A stretch of DNA of 64,000 nucleotides from an uncultured Gemmatimonadales bacterium (GCA_963716255.1 OY970303.1:32001-96000); one strand, 5' to 3'; counted from the first letter of the stretch, positions 44,598 to 54,019 are shown. Notes: a model not told the origin generated them from the letters alone. Program-made: numbers and translations.

Positions 44598-44918
44598 CTA
44601 CCCAGGGGATGCGAGCTTCAGCCCGACGATCCCGGCGACGATCAGGGCGATGCACACCAGCCGCATCGCACCGGCCGGCTCGCCCAGGAGCACCATCCCG
44701 AGAATCGCCGTCCCGACGGTCCCGATTCCCGTCCACACCGCGTACGCCGTGCCCAGGGGCAGCGTTCGCAGCGCGCTGCCGAGGAGCACCACGCTGGCGA
44801 CCAGCGCGGCCGCCGTGCCGGCGGACGGCCACGGGCGGGTGAATCCGTTCGTGTACTTCAGGCCGACGGCCCACCCGACCTCCAGCAGACCCGCGAGCAG
44901 CAGAAGACCCCACGCCAT
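44598..44918 (-). CDS. sugE: SMR-family guanidinium exporter Gdx/SugE
   Basis: [49 protein letters not shown]; riboswitch upstream. Confidence 0.95.
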   Translation of the reverse strand: MAWGLLLLAGLLEVGWAVGLKYTNGFTRPWPSAGTAAALVASVVLLGSALRTLPLGTAYAVWTGIGTVGTAILGMVLLGEPAGAMRLVCIALIVAGIVGLKLASPG

Positions 44919-44938
44919 GACTCGCCTCCAGATCCGGT

Positions 44939-44988
44939 GTGGGGCCGTCCCCACGTGCGTAGCGACCGAGCGAGGTCGTCCCCGCTCG
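44939..44988 (-). ncRNA. Guanidine-II (mini-ykkC) riboswitch upstream of sugE
   Basis: CGAGCGGGG-ACGA-CCTCGCTCG and GTGGGG-ACGG-CCCCAC hairpins with a 12-nt linker. Confidence 0.92.
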
Positions 44989-45016
44989 ACATGGACGTAC
45001 TACGCGGAACGACGGG

Positions 45017-46138
45017 TCACGGCGCGGCGGAGCGGATGGCCGAGTCGAGATCGGCCCACAGGTCTTCGGCGTCCTCGATCCCGACGCTGAGCCGCAGGAG
45101 CGAAGGCGGCAGGTGTTCCTGTCCCGGGATCGCGGCCCGCCGCTCCATCGTCGATTCCACGCCTCCGAGACTGGTGGCATGGCGGACGAGCCTCACGTTC
45201 CGGCAGACCGCGTCGGCCATCCCGGCCTCGCCGCGCAGGTCGAACGAGACGACGGTCCCGAAGCCCCGGAGCACGCGCCGGGCGATCGCGTGCGTCGGAT
45301 GCGAGGGCAGGCCCGGGTACCGGACGCGGGCGACCGACGGGTGCCTCTCGAGCCGCTCCGCGAGGCTGCCGGCCGTCTGCTGGGCCCGCTCCAGGCGAAT
45401 GGCCAGCGTCCGCGCGCCGCGGACGGCGAGAAAGGCTTCGAGCGTTCCCGGCGTGGCGCCGGTCAGCTCGCGAGACTGCCGGAGGGCGTGCCACAGGGCG
45501 TCGTCCCGGGTCGTGGCGATCCCCGCCAGCAGGTCGGAGTGGCCGCCGATGAGCTTGGTCGCCGACTGCAGGGACACCGTAGCGCCGAAGTCGAGCGGCC
45601 GCTGGTTCAGGGGCGTGGCGAAGGTGTTGTCCACCGCCACCATCGCTCCGGGCCTGCGCGGCGCCGCGCACACGGCCTCCAGGTCCGCCACGGTGAGCAG
45701 CGGGTTCGAGGGCGATTCGAGCCAGACCAGGTCGGCGGCGCCGCACGCACGGATCCAGGCGGCCGTGTCGTCCCCCGCCACCCGCCGCACCGACCAGCGT
45801 CCCTTTTCGGCGCCTGCGGCCGCCAGCCCCGCGACGCCCTGGTAGCAGTCGTCCGGGAGCGCCACGACGGCTCCCGCCGGGAGCTGGTCGAACACCGCGG
45901 CGATGGCGGCCATGCCGGAGGCGAACGCCACGGCCCTGCCGGACTCCAGCCCGCCGACGATGTCCTCGAGCGCTTCCCAGGTGGGAGTGCCGTCGTCGCG
46001 CGAGTAGCCGCGCCCGCCGCCGAGGATGAAGGTCGACGCGGGGACCAGCGGCGCGTTCAGCGGGGCCCCGGGCCCGGAGGGGCGCCCCGCCGAGACGAGC
46101 CACGATTCCGGTCTGATTCCGGACGGTTGCCTGTCCAT
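45017..46138 (-). CDS. Trans-sulfuration family PLP enzyme (cystathionine gamma-synthase/lyase-like)
   Basis: YSR, FASGMAAI, ESPSNPLL, VDNTFATP, SATKLIGGHSD (PLP Lys), SLGGVES, LRLSVGIED. Confidence 0.93.
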   Translation of the reverse strand: MDRQPSGIRPESWLVSAGRPSGPGAPLNAPLVPASTFILGGGRGYSRDDGTPTWEALEDIVGGLESGRAVAFASGMAAIAAVFDQLPAGAVVALPDDCYQGVAGLAAAGAEKGRWSVRRVAGDDTAAWIRACGAADLVWLESPSNPLLTVADLEAVCAAPRRPGAMVAVDNTFATPLNQRPLDFGATVSLQSATKLIGGHSDLLAGIATTRDDALWHALRQSRELTGATPGTLEAFLAVRGARTLAIRLERAQQTAGSLAERLERHPSVARVRYPGLPSHPTHAIARRVLRGFGTVVSFDLRGEAGMADAVCRNVRLVRHATSLGGVESTMERRAAIPGQEHLPPSLLRLSVGIEDAEDLWADLDSAIRSAAP

Positions 46139-46171
46139 GTTACGTATGCCTCCAGGCGAGACGAGTCGTCA

Positions 46172-46212
46172 GCTCCGACAGACCAGCGAGAAACAGCAAA
46201 GCCCCACGCCAC
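46172..46212 (-). pseudogene. Decayed 5' fragment of a second sugE copy
   Basis: GTG GCG TGG GGC (T) TTG CTG TTT CTC GCT GGT CTG TCG GAG = VAWG/LLFLAGLSE, compared with [13 protein letters not shown]. Confidence 0.75.
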
Positions 46213-46232
46213 GACTCGCCTGCGAGTCTGGT

Positions 46233-46282
46233 GTGGGGCCGTCCCCACCTGCGTACGGGAGAGACGGGGCCGTCCCCGCTCT
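46233..46282 (-). ncRNA. Second guanidine-II riboswitch, upstream of the PLP enzyme
   Basis: CGGGG-ACGG-CCCCG and GTGGGG-ACGG-CCCCAC hairpins. Confidence 0.88.
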
Positions 46283-46295
46283 GTATGTGGGCGCT

Positions 46296-46325
46296 AATCT
46301 ACACGGGCGAGAGCGTTTACGTCAA
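46296..46325 (-). promoter_or_regulatory. Putative promoter just upstream of the riboswitch
   Basis: TTGACG-18-TAGATT. Confidence 0.6.
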
Positions 46326-46362
46326 CGGGCCCCTGGCCGTGCCGCGAGCCTGCGCACGCGGC

Positions 46363-47418
46363 CTAGCGTCTCGTCGCCGCGCGCAGCGCCTCCAGCGCGG
46401 TCCACCCCGCCCCGCCGTCCAGCGCTTCCTCGGCCTTCCGGACCCCTTCCACCAGCGTTTCCGCCCGCCCCGCGACGTAGATCGCGGCGCCCGCGTTCAG
46501 CGCCACGGCCGCGCGGGCGGAGCCGCCCATCCGGCCGCGCAGGACGCGCTCGATGGTGCGGGCGTTCTCCTCGGGCTCGCTCCCGCCCAGCCCCTCCACG
46601 TCGGCGGGCTCCCAGCCCAGCTCGGCGCGCGGGTCCAGGGTGCTGCGCGTGAGCTCGCCGTCCTTGAGCTCGATCACCGCCGTCGGGCCGATGGGGCTCA
46701 GCTCGTCCATCCCCGGCTCGCCGTGCACCACCAGGGCGCGCTCGTGGCCCAGCTCGCGCAGACCGCCGGCGATCAGCTCCAGCAGCCCCGGGTCGGAGAC
46801 GCCCACCACCTGGCGGCGGGCCATGGCGGGGTTGGTGAGCGGGCCCAGCACGTTCATCAGCGTGGGCATCCCCAGCTCGCGGCGGACCGGGCCCACGTGG
46901 CGCATGGCGGGGTGGTGCAGCGGCGCGAACATGAAGACGATGCCTGCCTCCTCCAGCACGCGCGCTTCCTGCTCCGGCGTCAGGTCCAGCCGCACGCCCA
47001 GCGCCTCCAGCACGTCCGCGCTGCCGCAGCGCGAGGTGAAGCTGCGATTGCCGTGCTTGGCGACGCGCACCCCGGCCCCGGCGGCGACCAGCGCCGCGGC
47101 GGTGGAGATGTTGAAGGTGGTGAGCGCTCCGCCGCCGGTGCCGCAGGTGTCCACCAGCTCCGCCGTGGAGTCCACCGGCACAGCGACCATGGCGCGCCGC
47201 AGCGCGCGGACGCCGCCCGCGACCTCGTCCGGCACGGCGCCGCGGACGCGGATGGCCACCAGCAGCGCCGCCATCTGCACCGGGCTGGCGTTGCCGCCCA
47301 TCACCTCGCCGAAGGCGCGCTCGGCCTCGGCGGCTGTGAGGGGGCGCAGCGTGGCGGCGCGGACCAGCTCGCCCAGCGACATCCCGGCGGCCTCGCCGGA
47401 CAGCAGTCCGTCGCTCAT
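46363..47418 (-). CDS. trpD: Anthranilate phosphoribosyltransferase
   Basis: DTCGTGG, FNIST, AKHGNRS..GSAD, HPAM, GPLTNP, GMDEL. Confidence 0.96.
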   Translation of the reverse strand: MSDGLLSGEAAGMSLGELVRAATLRPLTAAEAERAFGEVMGGNASPVQMAALLVAIRVRGAVPDEVAGGVRALRRAMVAVPVDSTAELVDTCGTGGGALTTFNISTAAALVAAGAGVRVAKHGNRSFTSRCGSADVLEALGVRLDLTPEQEARVLEEAGIVFMFAPLHHPAMRHVGPVRRELGMPTLMNVLGPLTNPAMARRQVVGVSDPGLLELIAGGLRELGHERALVVHGEPGMDELSPIGPTAVIELKDGELTRSTLDPRAELGWEPADVEGLGGSEPEENARTIERVLRGRMGGSARAAVALNAGAAIYVAGRAETLVEGVRKAEEALDGGAGWTALEALRAATRR

Positions 47419-47527
47419 GCGGCTTCCCCCGCGCGGCGGGGGCGGGGCGGAGGGGTCCGGGCCGGTGGAACGGTGGACATCGGGCCGTCGGTGCGGGTGG
47501 AACGCGCTCTCGCGAAGCGGGGCCGGG

Positions 47528-47603
47528 ATCATACCCACGCCCGGCGGAGACTGTCAATCGCGCCGCGGCGCGCGCTTGACACCGGGTACCCGCCGGGTAG
47601 CTT
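47528..47603. promoter_or_regulatory. Divergent sigma70 promoters for trpD (-) and truA (+, apparently leaderless)
   Basis: Minus strand TTGACA-18-TATGAT; plus strand TTGACA-16-TAGCTT, 7 nt before GTG 47611. Confidence 0.6.
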
Positions 47604-47610
47604 GTCGCGC

Positions 47611-48423
47611 GTGAGCTCAACGGAAACGCACCGCATCCGCTTCACCGTCCACTACGACGGTCGCGACTTCTTCGGCTGGCAGGTGCAGGCGAAGGGGAGG
47701 ACCGTGCAGGGCGAGCTGGAGCGTGTCCTGTCGCGCCTGTTCGCCCGCCCCGCCGGGGTGATCGGCTCGGGGCGCACGGACCGCGGGGTGCACGCGACCG
47801 GCCAGGTGGCCGCCGTGGACGCTCCGCTCAAGTGGACGCCCCACGCGCTGCGCCGCGCCCTCAACGCCCTGCTCCCCGGCGACGTGTGGATCGCGGACGC
47901 GGCGGAGGCGGCGCCGCGCTTCCACCCGCGCTACGACGCCGTGGCGCGCTCGTACGTGTACCGCGTGGGCCTGGCGCCGGAGGCGCACTCGCCCTTCCGC
48001 GCCCGCTGGTGCTGGCCCCTGGGGAAGCCGCTGGACCGCGCCGCGATGGAGCGCGCCACGGGCGTTCTCGTGGGCGACCACTCCTTCAAGGCCTTCGCCA
48101 AGGCGGGCCAGGAGGAGCGCGGGGACCGCTGCATCGTCGCGGAGGCGCACTGGGCGGAGTGGGAGCTGGCGGGGATCGAGTTCCACGTGACCGCGAACCG
48201 CTTCCTCCACCACATGGTGCGCTACCTGGTGGGGACGCTGGTGGACGTGGGCGTGGGCGTTCGCCCGGAGGGCGACGTGGCGGCCCTTCTCGCGCAGATC
48301 CCGGGGCTGGAGACCTCGCCGCCCGCGCCGCCGGAGGGGCTTTTCTTGCGGGAGGTGCGGTACGGCCCTCACCCGGCGGCCCTGGAGCCACCACCCTCTC
48401 CCGATTCTGGGAGCGGGGGCTGA
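47611..48423 (+). CDS. truA: tRNA pseudouridine(38-40) synthase
   Basis: YDG..F.GWQ, TVQG, GRTDRGVHA, FHPR, FLHHMVR, APPEGL. Confidence 0.95.
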   Translation: MSSTETHRIRFTVHYDGRDFFGWQVQAKGRTVQGELERVLSRLFARPAGVIGSGRTDRGVHATGQVAAVDAPLKWTPHALRRALNALLPGDVWIADAAEAAPRFHPRYDAVARSYVYRVGLAPEAHSPFRARWCWPLGKPLDRAAMERATGVLVGDHSFKAFAKAGQEERGDRCIVAEAHWAEWELAGIEFHVTANRFLHHMVRYLVGTLVDVGVGVRPEGDVAALLAQIPGLETSPPAPPEGLFLREVRYGPHPAALEPPPSPDSGSGG

Positions 48424-48523
48424 ACGACGGGGCGCTTCGGTTGGCTCGGGGTATGGGGTCGGCCGGGGGATGCTCCCCCAACCTCCCGGCGAGCATCGCA
48501 GGAACGGCGACGGCCCGGCAGTG

Positions 48524-48567
48524 CTCCCCCTCTCCCGCTTGCGGGGGAGGGGGCCGGGGGGAGGGGG
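48524..48567 (+). repeat. REP-like palindrome, family C (another partial copy at about 48393-48420)
   Basis: CCCCTCTCCCGC..GCGGGGGAGGGG..GGGGGAGGGG. Confidence 0.7.
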
Positions 48568-48599
48568 TCCGCCACGGTGCGCCGGAGCCGACGCGCGCG

Positions 48600-48775
48600 G
48601 ACCGTTGCCGTTCGCAGTTGCCCGCCGTTCCCGAAAGATGTTGCGGAGGGAGACCCGCCGGCCGTTTGGCGGGGCTCCCGCAGCGGGAGCGGAGACAGCG
48701 GGGCAGTTTCCGCTGGCTCCGCGACCCGCGTAGGAAACAGGCCGGCAGTTTGGCCTGGTTCCGGAGCGGCCCCAA
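48600..48775 (+). repeat. Intergenic repeat family A, copy 4 (diverged)
   Basis: Three modules with GGCCGTTT/GGCAGTTT loops, ending GAGCGGCCC. Confidence 0.8.
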
Positions 48776-48793
48776 CTCAGACACAGAAAAACC

Positions 48794-50233
48794 ATGTCGA
48801 TCGATCGATACAGCAACCCGCTGACCGAGCGCTACGCCTCCCCGGAGATGTCGCGCATCTTCTCGCCGGCCTTCAAGTTCGGCACCTGGCGCCGTCTCTG
48901 GCTGGCGCTGGCGGAGGCGGAAAAGGAGCTGGGCCTCCCCATCCCGGACGAGGCGATCGCCGGGATCCGCGCGCACCTGGACGACTTCGACCTGAAGCGG
49001 GCGGCGGAGCTGGAAAAGCAGCTCCGGCACGACGTCATGGCCCACGTGCACCACCTGGGCGAGCAGACGCCGGAGGCCCGCGCCATCATCCACCTGGGCG
49101 CCACCTCGGCGTACGTGGGCGACAACACGGACCTGATCCAGCACCACGAGGCGCTGAAGCTGGTCCGCCGCCGCATCGTCAACGCGGTGGCGGCGCTGGC
49201 GGAGTTCGCCCGGGAGCACCGCGGCCTGCCGACGCTGGGCTACACCCATTTCCAGCCCGCCCAGCCCACCACGGTGGGGAAGCGGGCGACGCTCTGGATC
49301 CAGGACCTGCTGCTGGACCTGGAGGAAACGGAGTTCCGCCTGGACACGCTGCGCTTTCGCGGGGTGCGGGGCACCACGGGGACGCAGGCCTCGTTCGTGG
49401 ACCTGTTCGAGGGCGACGGGGCGAAGGTGGAGCGGCTCAACCGCCTGGTGGCGGAGAAGATGGGCTTCGCGGACCGGCTCTACGGCGTGACCGGGCAGAC
49501 GTACACCCGCAAGACCGACTACGCCTGCCTGGCGACGCTGGCGGGGGTCGCCCAGTCGGCGAGCAAGTTCGCCAACGACGTGCGCCTTCTCTCGCACCTC
49601 AAGGAGGTGGAGGAGCCGTTCGAGGAGCACCAGATCGGCTCCAGCGCCATGGCGTACAAGCGCAACCCCATGCGCTCGGAGCGCATCGGGGCGCTGGCGC
49701 GGCACGTGATCGCGCTCACCATGGACCCGGCGTTCACGGCGGCCTCTCAGTGGTTCGAGCGCACCCTGGACGACAGCGCCAACAAGCGCATCGCCGTGCC
49801 GGAGGCGTACCTGGCGACGGACGCGGTGCTCCTGATCGTGCACAACGTGGCGTCCGGGATGGTGGTGTACCCGGAGATGATCCGCCGCCACCTGATGGAG
49901 GAGCTTCCCTTCATGGCGACGGAGAACCTGATGATGCGGGCGGCCAAGCGCGGCGGCGACCGGCAGGAGCTGCACGAGCGGGTGCGCGTCCATTCCATCG
50001 CGGCGGGGCGCGAGGTCAAGCAGCACGGCCGCCCCAACGACCTGATGGACCGCATCGCGGCGGACCCGGCCTTCGGGGTGACGCGGGCGGAGCTGGAGGA
50101 GGACCTGCGCCCGGAGCTGTACGTGGGGCGCGCCCCGGAGCAGGTGGACGAGTTCCTGCAGGAGTGGGTGCGGCCCGTGCTGGAGCGGCACGCGGGCGAG
50201 CTGGAGGGGGGCGCCCCCGCCCTGCACGTCTGA
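48794..50233 (+). CDS. purB: Adenylosuccinate lyase
   Basis: RHDVMAH, HLGATS, THFQPAQ, GSSAMAYKRNPM. Confidence 0.96.
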   Translation: MSIDRYSNPLTERYASPEMSRIFSPAFKFGTWRRLWLALAEAEKELGLPIPDEAIAGIRAHLDDFDLKRAAELEKQLRHDVMAHVHHLGEQTPEARAIIHLGATSAYVGDNTDLIQHHEALKLVRRRIVNAVAALAEFAREHRGLPTLGYTHFQPAQPTTVGKRATLWIQDLLLDLEETEFRLDTLRFRGVRGTTGTQASFVDLFEGDGAKVERLNRLVAEKMGFADRLYGVTGQTYTRKTDYACLATLAGVAQSASKFANDVRLLSHLKEVEEPFEEHQIGSSAMAYKRNPMRSERIGALARHVIALTMDPAFTAASQWFERTLDDSANKRIAVPEAYLATDAVLLIVHNVASGMVVYPEMIRRHLMEELPFMATENLMMRAAKRGGDRQELHERVRVHSIAAGREVKQHGRPNDLMDRIAADPAFGVTRAELEEDLRPELYVGRAPEQVDEFLQEWVRPVLERHAGELEGGAPALHV

Positions 50234-50260
50234 GCGCACCCGACCCGAACCGAGCGAACG

Positions 50261-51814
50261 ATGGCGACGACCGAGACCCGCGTGTCCGCAGGGGCCGCGG
50301 AGGCCCCCGCGCCCTACGCCGAGCTGACCGCCCTGCTCCGCGAGGCGGCGGTGCTGGCCTCCGTGAGTGCCACCCTGGGGTGGGACCAGGAGACCATGAT
50401 GCCCCCCGCCGCCGCTGCGCTGCGGGCGGACCAGCTCGCCGCCCTTTCCGCGCTGGTACACGAGCGGCGCACGTCGCCGCGACTGGCGGAATTGCTGGAG
50501 CGCTGCGAGGGCGACGCCGCGCTCGCCGCCGACGCGGCGGCCGCCGCCAACCTGCGCGAGATCCGCCGCCAGTACGACCTGGCGACCCGGCTCCCCACGT
50601 CGCTGGTGCGCGCCTTCGCGGAAACCTCGTCGCGCGCCCTGGAGGCGTGGAAGGACGCGCGCGAGCGGGACGACTTCGCCGCGTTCGCCCCCTGGCTGGA
50701 GCGGGTGCTGGAGCTGAACCGCGCCAAGGCGGAGTGCTACGGCGTCCCCGCGGGCGGCGAGCCGTACGACGCGCTGCTGGACGAGTACGAGCCGGGGATG
50801 ACCAGCGCCGGGGTGCGGCGGGTGTTCGGGACGCTACGGGCGGGGCTGGCGCCGCTGATCGCGGACATCGCCCGCTCCGGCGCGCGGCCCGGAGAGCGGC
50901 TGGCGGCGGTGCGCGTCCCCGTGGCGGCGCAGGAGGCACTGAACCGCAGGATCGTGCAGGCGATCGGATTCGACTTCCGCGCGGGGCGGCTGGACGTGTC
51001 CACCCACCCCTTCTGCGAGAGCCCGGGGCCGGGCGACACCCGCATGACCACGCGCTACCGCGAGGACGCCTTCCTGGACTCGCTGGTGTCGTGTCTCCAC
51101 GAGGCGGGGCACGGCATGTACGAGCAGGGCCTGCCCAAGGCCGCGGCCTTCGGGCAGCCGCTGGCGCAGCCCGCCTCGCTGGGGATCCACGAGAGCCAGT
51201 CGCGCCTGTGGGAAAACATGGTGGGCCGCTCGCGCCCCTTCTGGGAGTGGGCGCTCCCCGTGGCACAGGAGGCGTTCGGGGGGGCGCTGGCGGGGACCAC
51301 GACTGACGAGGCGTTCGGCTTCCTCAACGCGGTGGAGCCGGGGCCCACGCGGGTGGAGGCGGACGAGGCCACCTACAACCTGCACATCATGCTGCGCTTC
51401 GACCTGGAGCGCGGCATGCTGCACGGCGAGCTGCCCGTGCGCGAGCTCCCCGGCGCGTGGAACGAGCGGATGCGGCAGGACCTGGGGGTGGAGGTGCGGG
51501 ACGACCGCGCCGGCTGCCTTCAGGACATCCACTGGTCCATGGGCGCCGTCGGCTACTTTCCCACCTACACGCTGGGCAACGTGTACGCGGCGCAGCTGTG
51601 GGAAACGATGCGCGCGCAGCTCCCCGGGCTGGACGCGCAGCTCGCCCACGGCGAGTTCGGGCCGCTCCTGGGGTGGCTGCGCGACAACGTGCACCGGCAC
51701 GGCAGCCGGTACCGGGCGCCGGAGCTGTGCGAGCGGGTCACCGGCCGGCCGCCGTCTCCGGAGCCGCTGCTGGCGTATCTGGAGGGCAAGCTGCGGCCGT
51801 TGTACGGGATCTGA
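50261..51814 (+). CDS. M32 metallocarboxypeptidase
   Basis: WDQET, HPF, RMTTRY, HEAGH, HESQS, QDIHW, GYFPTY. Confidence 0.95.
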   Translation: MATTETRVSAGAAEAPAPYAELTALLREAAVLASVSATLGWDQETMMPPAAAALRADQLAALSALVHERRTSPRLAELLERCEGDAALAADAAAAANLREIRRQYDLATRLPTSLVRAFAETSSRALEAWKDARERDDFAAFAPWLERVLELNRAKAECYGVPAGGEPYDALLDEYEPGMTSAGVRRVFGTLRAGLAPLIADIARSGARPGERLAAVRVPVAAQEALNRRIVQAIGFDFRAGRLDVSTHPFCESPGPGDTRMTTRYREDAFLDSLVSCLHEAGHGMYEQGLPKAAAFGQPLAQPASLGIHESQSRLWENMVGRSRPFWEWALPVAQEAFGGALAGTTTDEAFGFLNAVEPGPTRVEADEATYNLHIMLRFDLERGMLHGELPVRELPGAWNERMRQDLGVEVRDDRAGCLQDIHWSMGAVGYFPTYTLGNVYAAQLWETMRAQLPGLDAQLAHGEFGPLLGWLRDNVHRHGSRYRAPELCERVTGRPPSPEPLLAYLEGKLRPLYGI

Positions 51815-51845
51815 GGCGTTTTCTCTGCGGCTTCGGCGGGTGCGG

Positions 51846-52012
51846 TGGGCCGCTTCGGAGCCCGGCGGAAACTGCCCCGCCGGTCTCCTGCGCGGGCTCC
51901 GGGAGCCAGCCAAACGGCCGGCTGTCTCCCTCCGCCGGGGTGAGCCTCGCCAAACAGCCGGCGAGTCTCCCCCCGAACAGAATCACGGGGGTACTGCGGG
52001 AACGGCAAATGC
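51846..52012 (-). repeat. Intergenic repeat family A, copy 5
   Basis: Reverse complement of the tri-hairpin unit. Confidence 0.88.
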
Positions 52013-52017
52013 GACGG

Positions 52018-52061
52018 AAAAAACGAAAGCTCCCGCGGCGACGCGGGAGCTTTCGTTTTTT
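52018..52061. terminator. Bidirectional intrinsic terminator
   Basis: AAAAAACGAAAGCTCCCGCG...CGCGGGAGCTTTCGTTTTTT. Confidence 0.85.
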
Positions 52062-52079
52062 ACGACCGGTGGCGAGCGA

Positions 52080-52706
52080 TCAGCGCACGCGCAGGGGACC
52101 GACGAACTTGCCCACGGTCGACTGCTGGTGCCCGGCCCACGTCTCCTGGGCGTAGATGTTCGCGAGCTGCACGTACGAGGCGTACAGGTAGTAGTACCCG
52201 GGCGCCATGCCCGCCGTGCTGACGCCCTCGGGCTCGTGGTGGACCACGCAGTTGTCGCGCGACTTCTGCGTCCAGTGCTCCCGCACCAGCTGGCCCGCCT
52301 GGTTGTAGATGCCCCAGTGCATCACGGTGCCCGGCGCCACCACCCCGGTGAGGTAGATGACGGTGCCCTGCGTCACGTCGTTGCTGAACCCCCAGAACGC
52401 GTGGGTCACCTGGCCGCACTCGTAGTACAGGCTGCTGGTCAGCGGCGCGGGCGCGAGGTTGGCGGCGAAGATGTACGGGCGGAAGGGCGGGTTGAACGGC
52501 GGGACGGTCGTGCCGCCGGTGCCGCCCCCGATCTCCTCGCCTCCCTCGCCGTAGCCGCCGTCGCCGGGAGAGAGCTCGTCGATGGGAGCCATCATGGACG
52601 CGGGAAGCTCGCTCGGGCCGGTCACGGCCTGGCCTCCGGGCGTGTCGCCGCAGCCGGCGAGGGCGATGCAGGCCAGCAGGGCGGCGAGCGGCAGGTGCTT
52701 GGACAT
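52080..52706 (-). CDS. Hypothetical lipoprotein
   Basis: Lipobox LAG|C, Gly/Pro linker, beta-rich C-domain; promoter TTGACG-17-TATGTT at 52753-52781. Confidence 0.8.
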   Translation of the reverse strand: MSKHLPLAALLACIALAGCGDTPGGQAVTGPSELPASMMAPIDELSPGDGGYGEGGEEIGGGTGGTTVPPFNPPFRPYIFAANLAPAPLTSSLYYECGQVTHAFWGFSNDVTQGTVIYLTGVVAPGTVMHWGIYNQAGQLVREHWTQKSRDNCVVHHEPEGVSTAGMAPGYYYLYASYVQLANIYAQETWAGHQQSTVGKFVGPLRVR

Positions 52707-53077
52707 GGAGATCCTTCGAGTGGCGGGTAGGTTACAACGACCATCGGATAGGAACATAATTTTCCACACATTTCCCGTCAAGGTTTTTCGATACATCCGT
52801 TTCCCGGGGATCGGCGAGGCCGTTCCGGCAATCCCCCGGTGCGACCGCGGTCCTCCCGTCGGCCGACCGGCCACGCGCCAGGGGCGTCGCCCCGGCGGCC
52901 GCACGGCAGACAACCCTCCCCCGGCCCCGGGATAGGGCTGCCCGTACCGGAAGCGCGGTACGCGTCGTCCGATTTGCGGCGCGCGGCAGCGGAGCGGGAC
53001 CGGGCCGGTTGCCGCTCCCCGCACCGGCTGGTACCTTTCCGTCTTCCGATCCTCCGACTCTGAACACGACCTGGGCC

Positions 53078-54019
53078 GTGACTTCAGCGATCACCCGGAC
53101 CGACCTGCCCTTCCCCGTCTTCCGCCGCGGGAAGGTGCGGGACGTGTACGACCTGGGCGAGGCGCTGCTCATGGTCGCCACCGACCGCGTCAGCGCCTTC
53201 GACGTGGTCCTCCCCCAGCCCATCCCGCGCAAGGGCGAGGTCCTCACCCTGGTCTCGGCGTGGTGGTTCGGCCGCACCCGCGACGTGGTGCCCAACCACC
53301 TCCTGGCCGTGGACCCCGACGAGATCGCCGCCCGCTACCCCGCCCTGGCCCCCACGCGCGACGTGTGGGCCCGCCGCGCCATGCTGGTGCGGAAGACGGA
53401 GCCCCTGCCCGTGGAGTGCGTGGTGCGCGGCTACCTGGCCGGCTCGGCGTACAAGGAGTACGCGGCGTCCGGGACGCTGGCCGGCGAGCCGCTGCCCGCC
53501 GGGCTGGTGGAGTCGGCCCGGCTGGAGGCGCCCGTGTTCTCCCCGGCCACCAAGGCGGAGACCGGGCACGACGAGAACATCCCCTTTTCCCGCATGGCGG
53601 AGATCGTGGGCGCCGAGACCGCGGAGCGGCTGCGCGATGCGAGCTTCGGGCTGTACCGCCGCGGGCTGGAGATCGCGGCGCGGGCGGGGATCGTGATCGC
53701 GGACACCAAGTTCGAGTTCGGGCGCGACCCCGACGGCTCGCTCCGGCTGATCGACGAGGTGCTGACGCCGGACTCGTCGCGCTTCTGGCCGGCGGACCGC
53801 TACGCCCCGGGGCGCGGGCAGCCGTCGTTCGACAAGCAGCCGCTGCGCGACCACCTGCAGCGCCTCGCCGACGAGGACCGCTGGGACATGCGGCCGCCGG
53901 GGCCGGACCTCCCCCCGGAGGTGGTGGAGGAAACGTCGCGCCGCTACCAGGACGCCTTCCGCCGCATCACCGGCTGCGCGCTGGACGACTTTCCTCTCCC
54001 CACGGAGGTGGACGGGTGA
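53078..54019 (+). CDS. purC: SAICAR synthetase
   Basis: GKVRDVY, TDRVSAFD, ECVVRGY, ADTKFEFG, DEVLTPDSSRFW; start approximate. Confidence 0.96.
   Translation: MTSAITRTDLPFPVFRRGKVRDVYDLGEALLMVATDRVSAFDVVLPQPIPRKGEVLTLVSAWWFGRTRDVVPNHLLAVDPDEIAARYPALAPTRDVWARRAMLVRKTEPLPVECVVRGYLAGSAYKEYAASGTLAGEPLPAGLVESARLEAPVFSPATKAETGHDENIPFSRMAEIVGAETAERLRDASFGLYRRGLEIAARAGIVIADTKFEFGRDPDGSLRLIDEVLTPDSSRFWPADRYAPGRGQPSFDKQPLRDHLQRLADEDRWDMRPPGPDLPPEVVEETSRRYQDAFRRITGCALDDFPLPTEVDG

Noticed and set aside
47415..47480. Possible trp attenuator peptide upstream of trpD (MSTVPPARTPPPRPRRAGEAA)
   Set aside because: It has no Trp codons and no terminator hairpin with a U-tract. It is probably a chance uORF despite the ATGA overlap.
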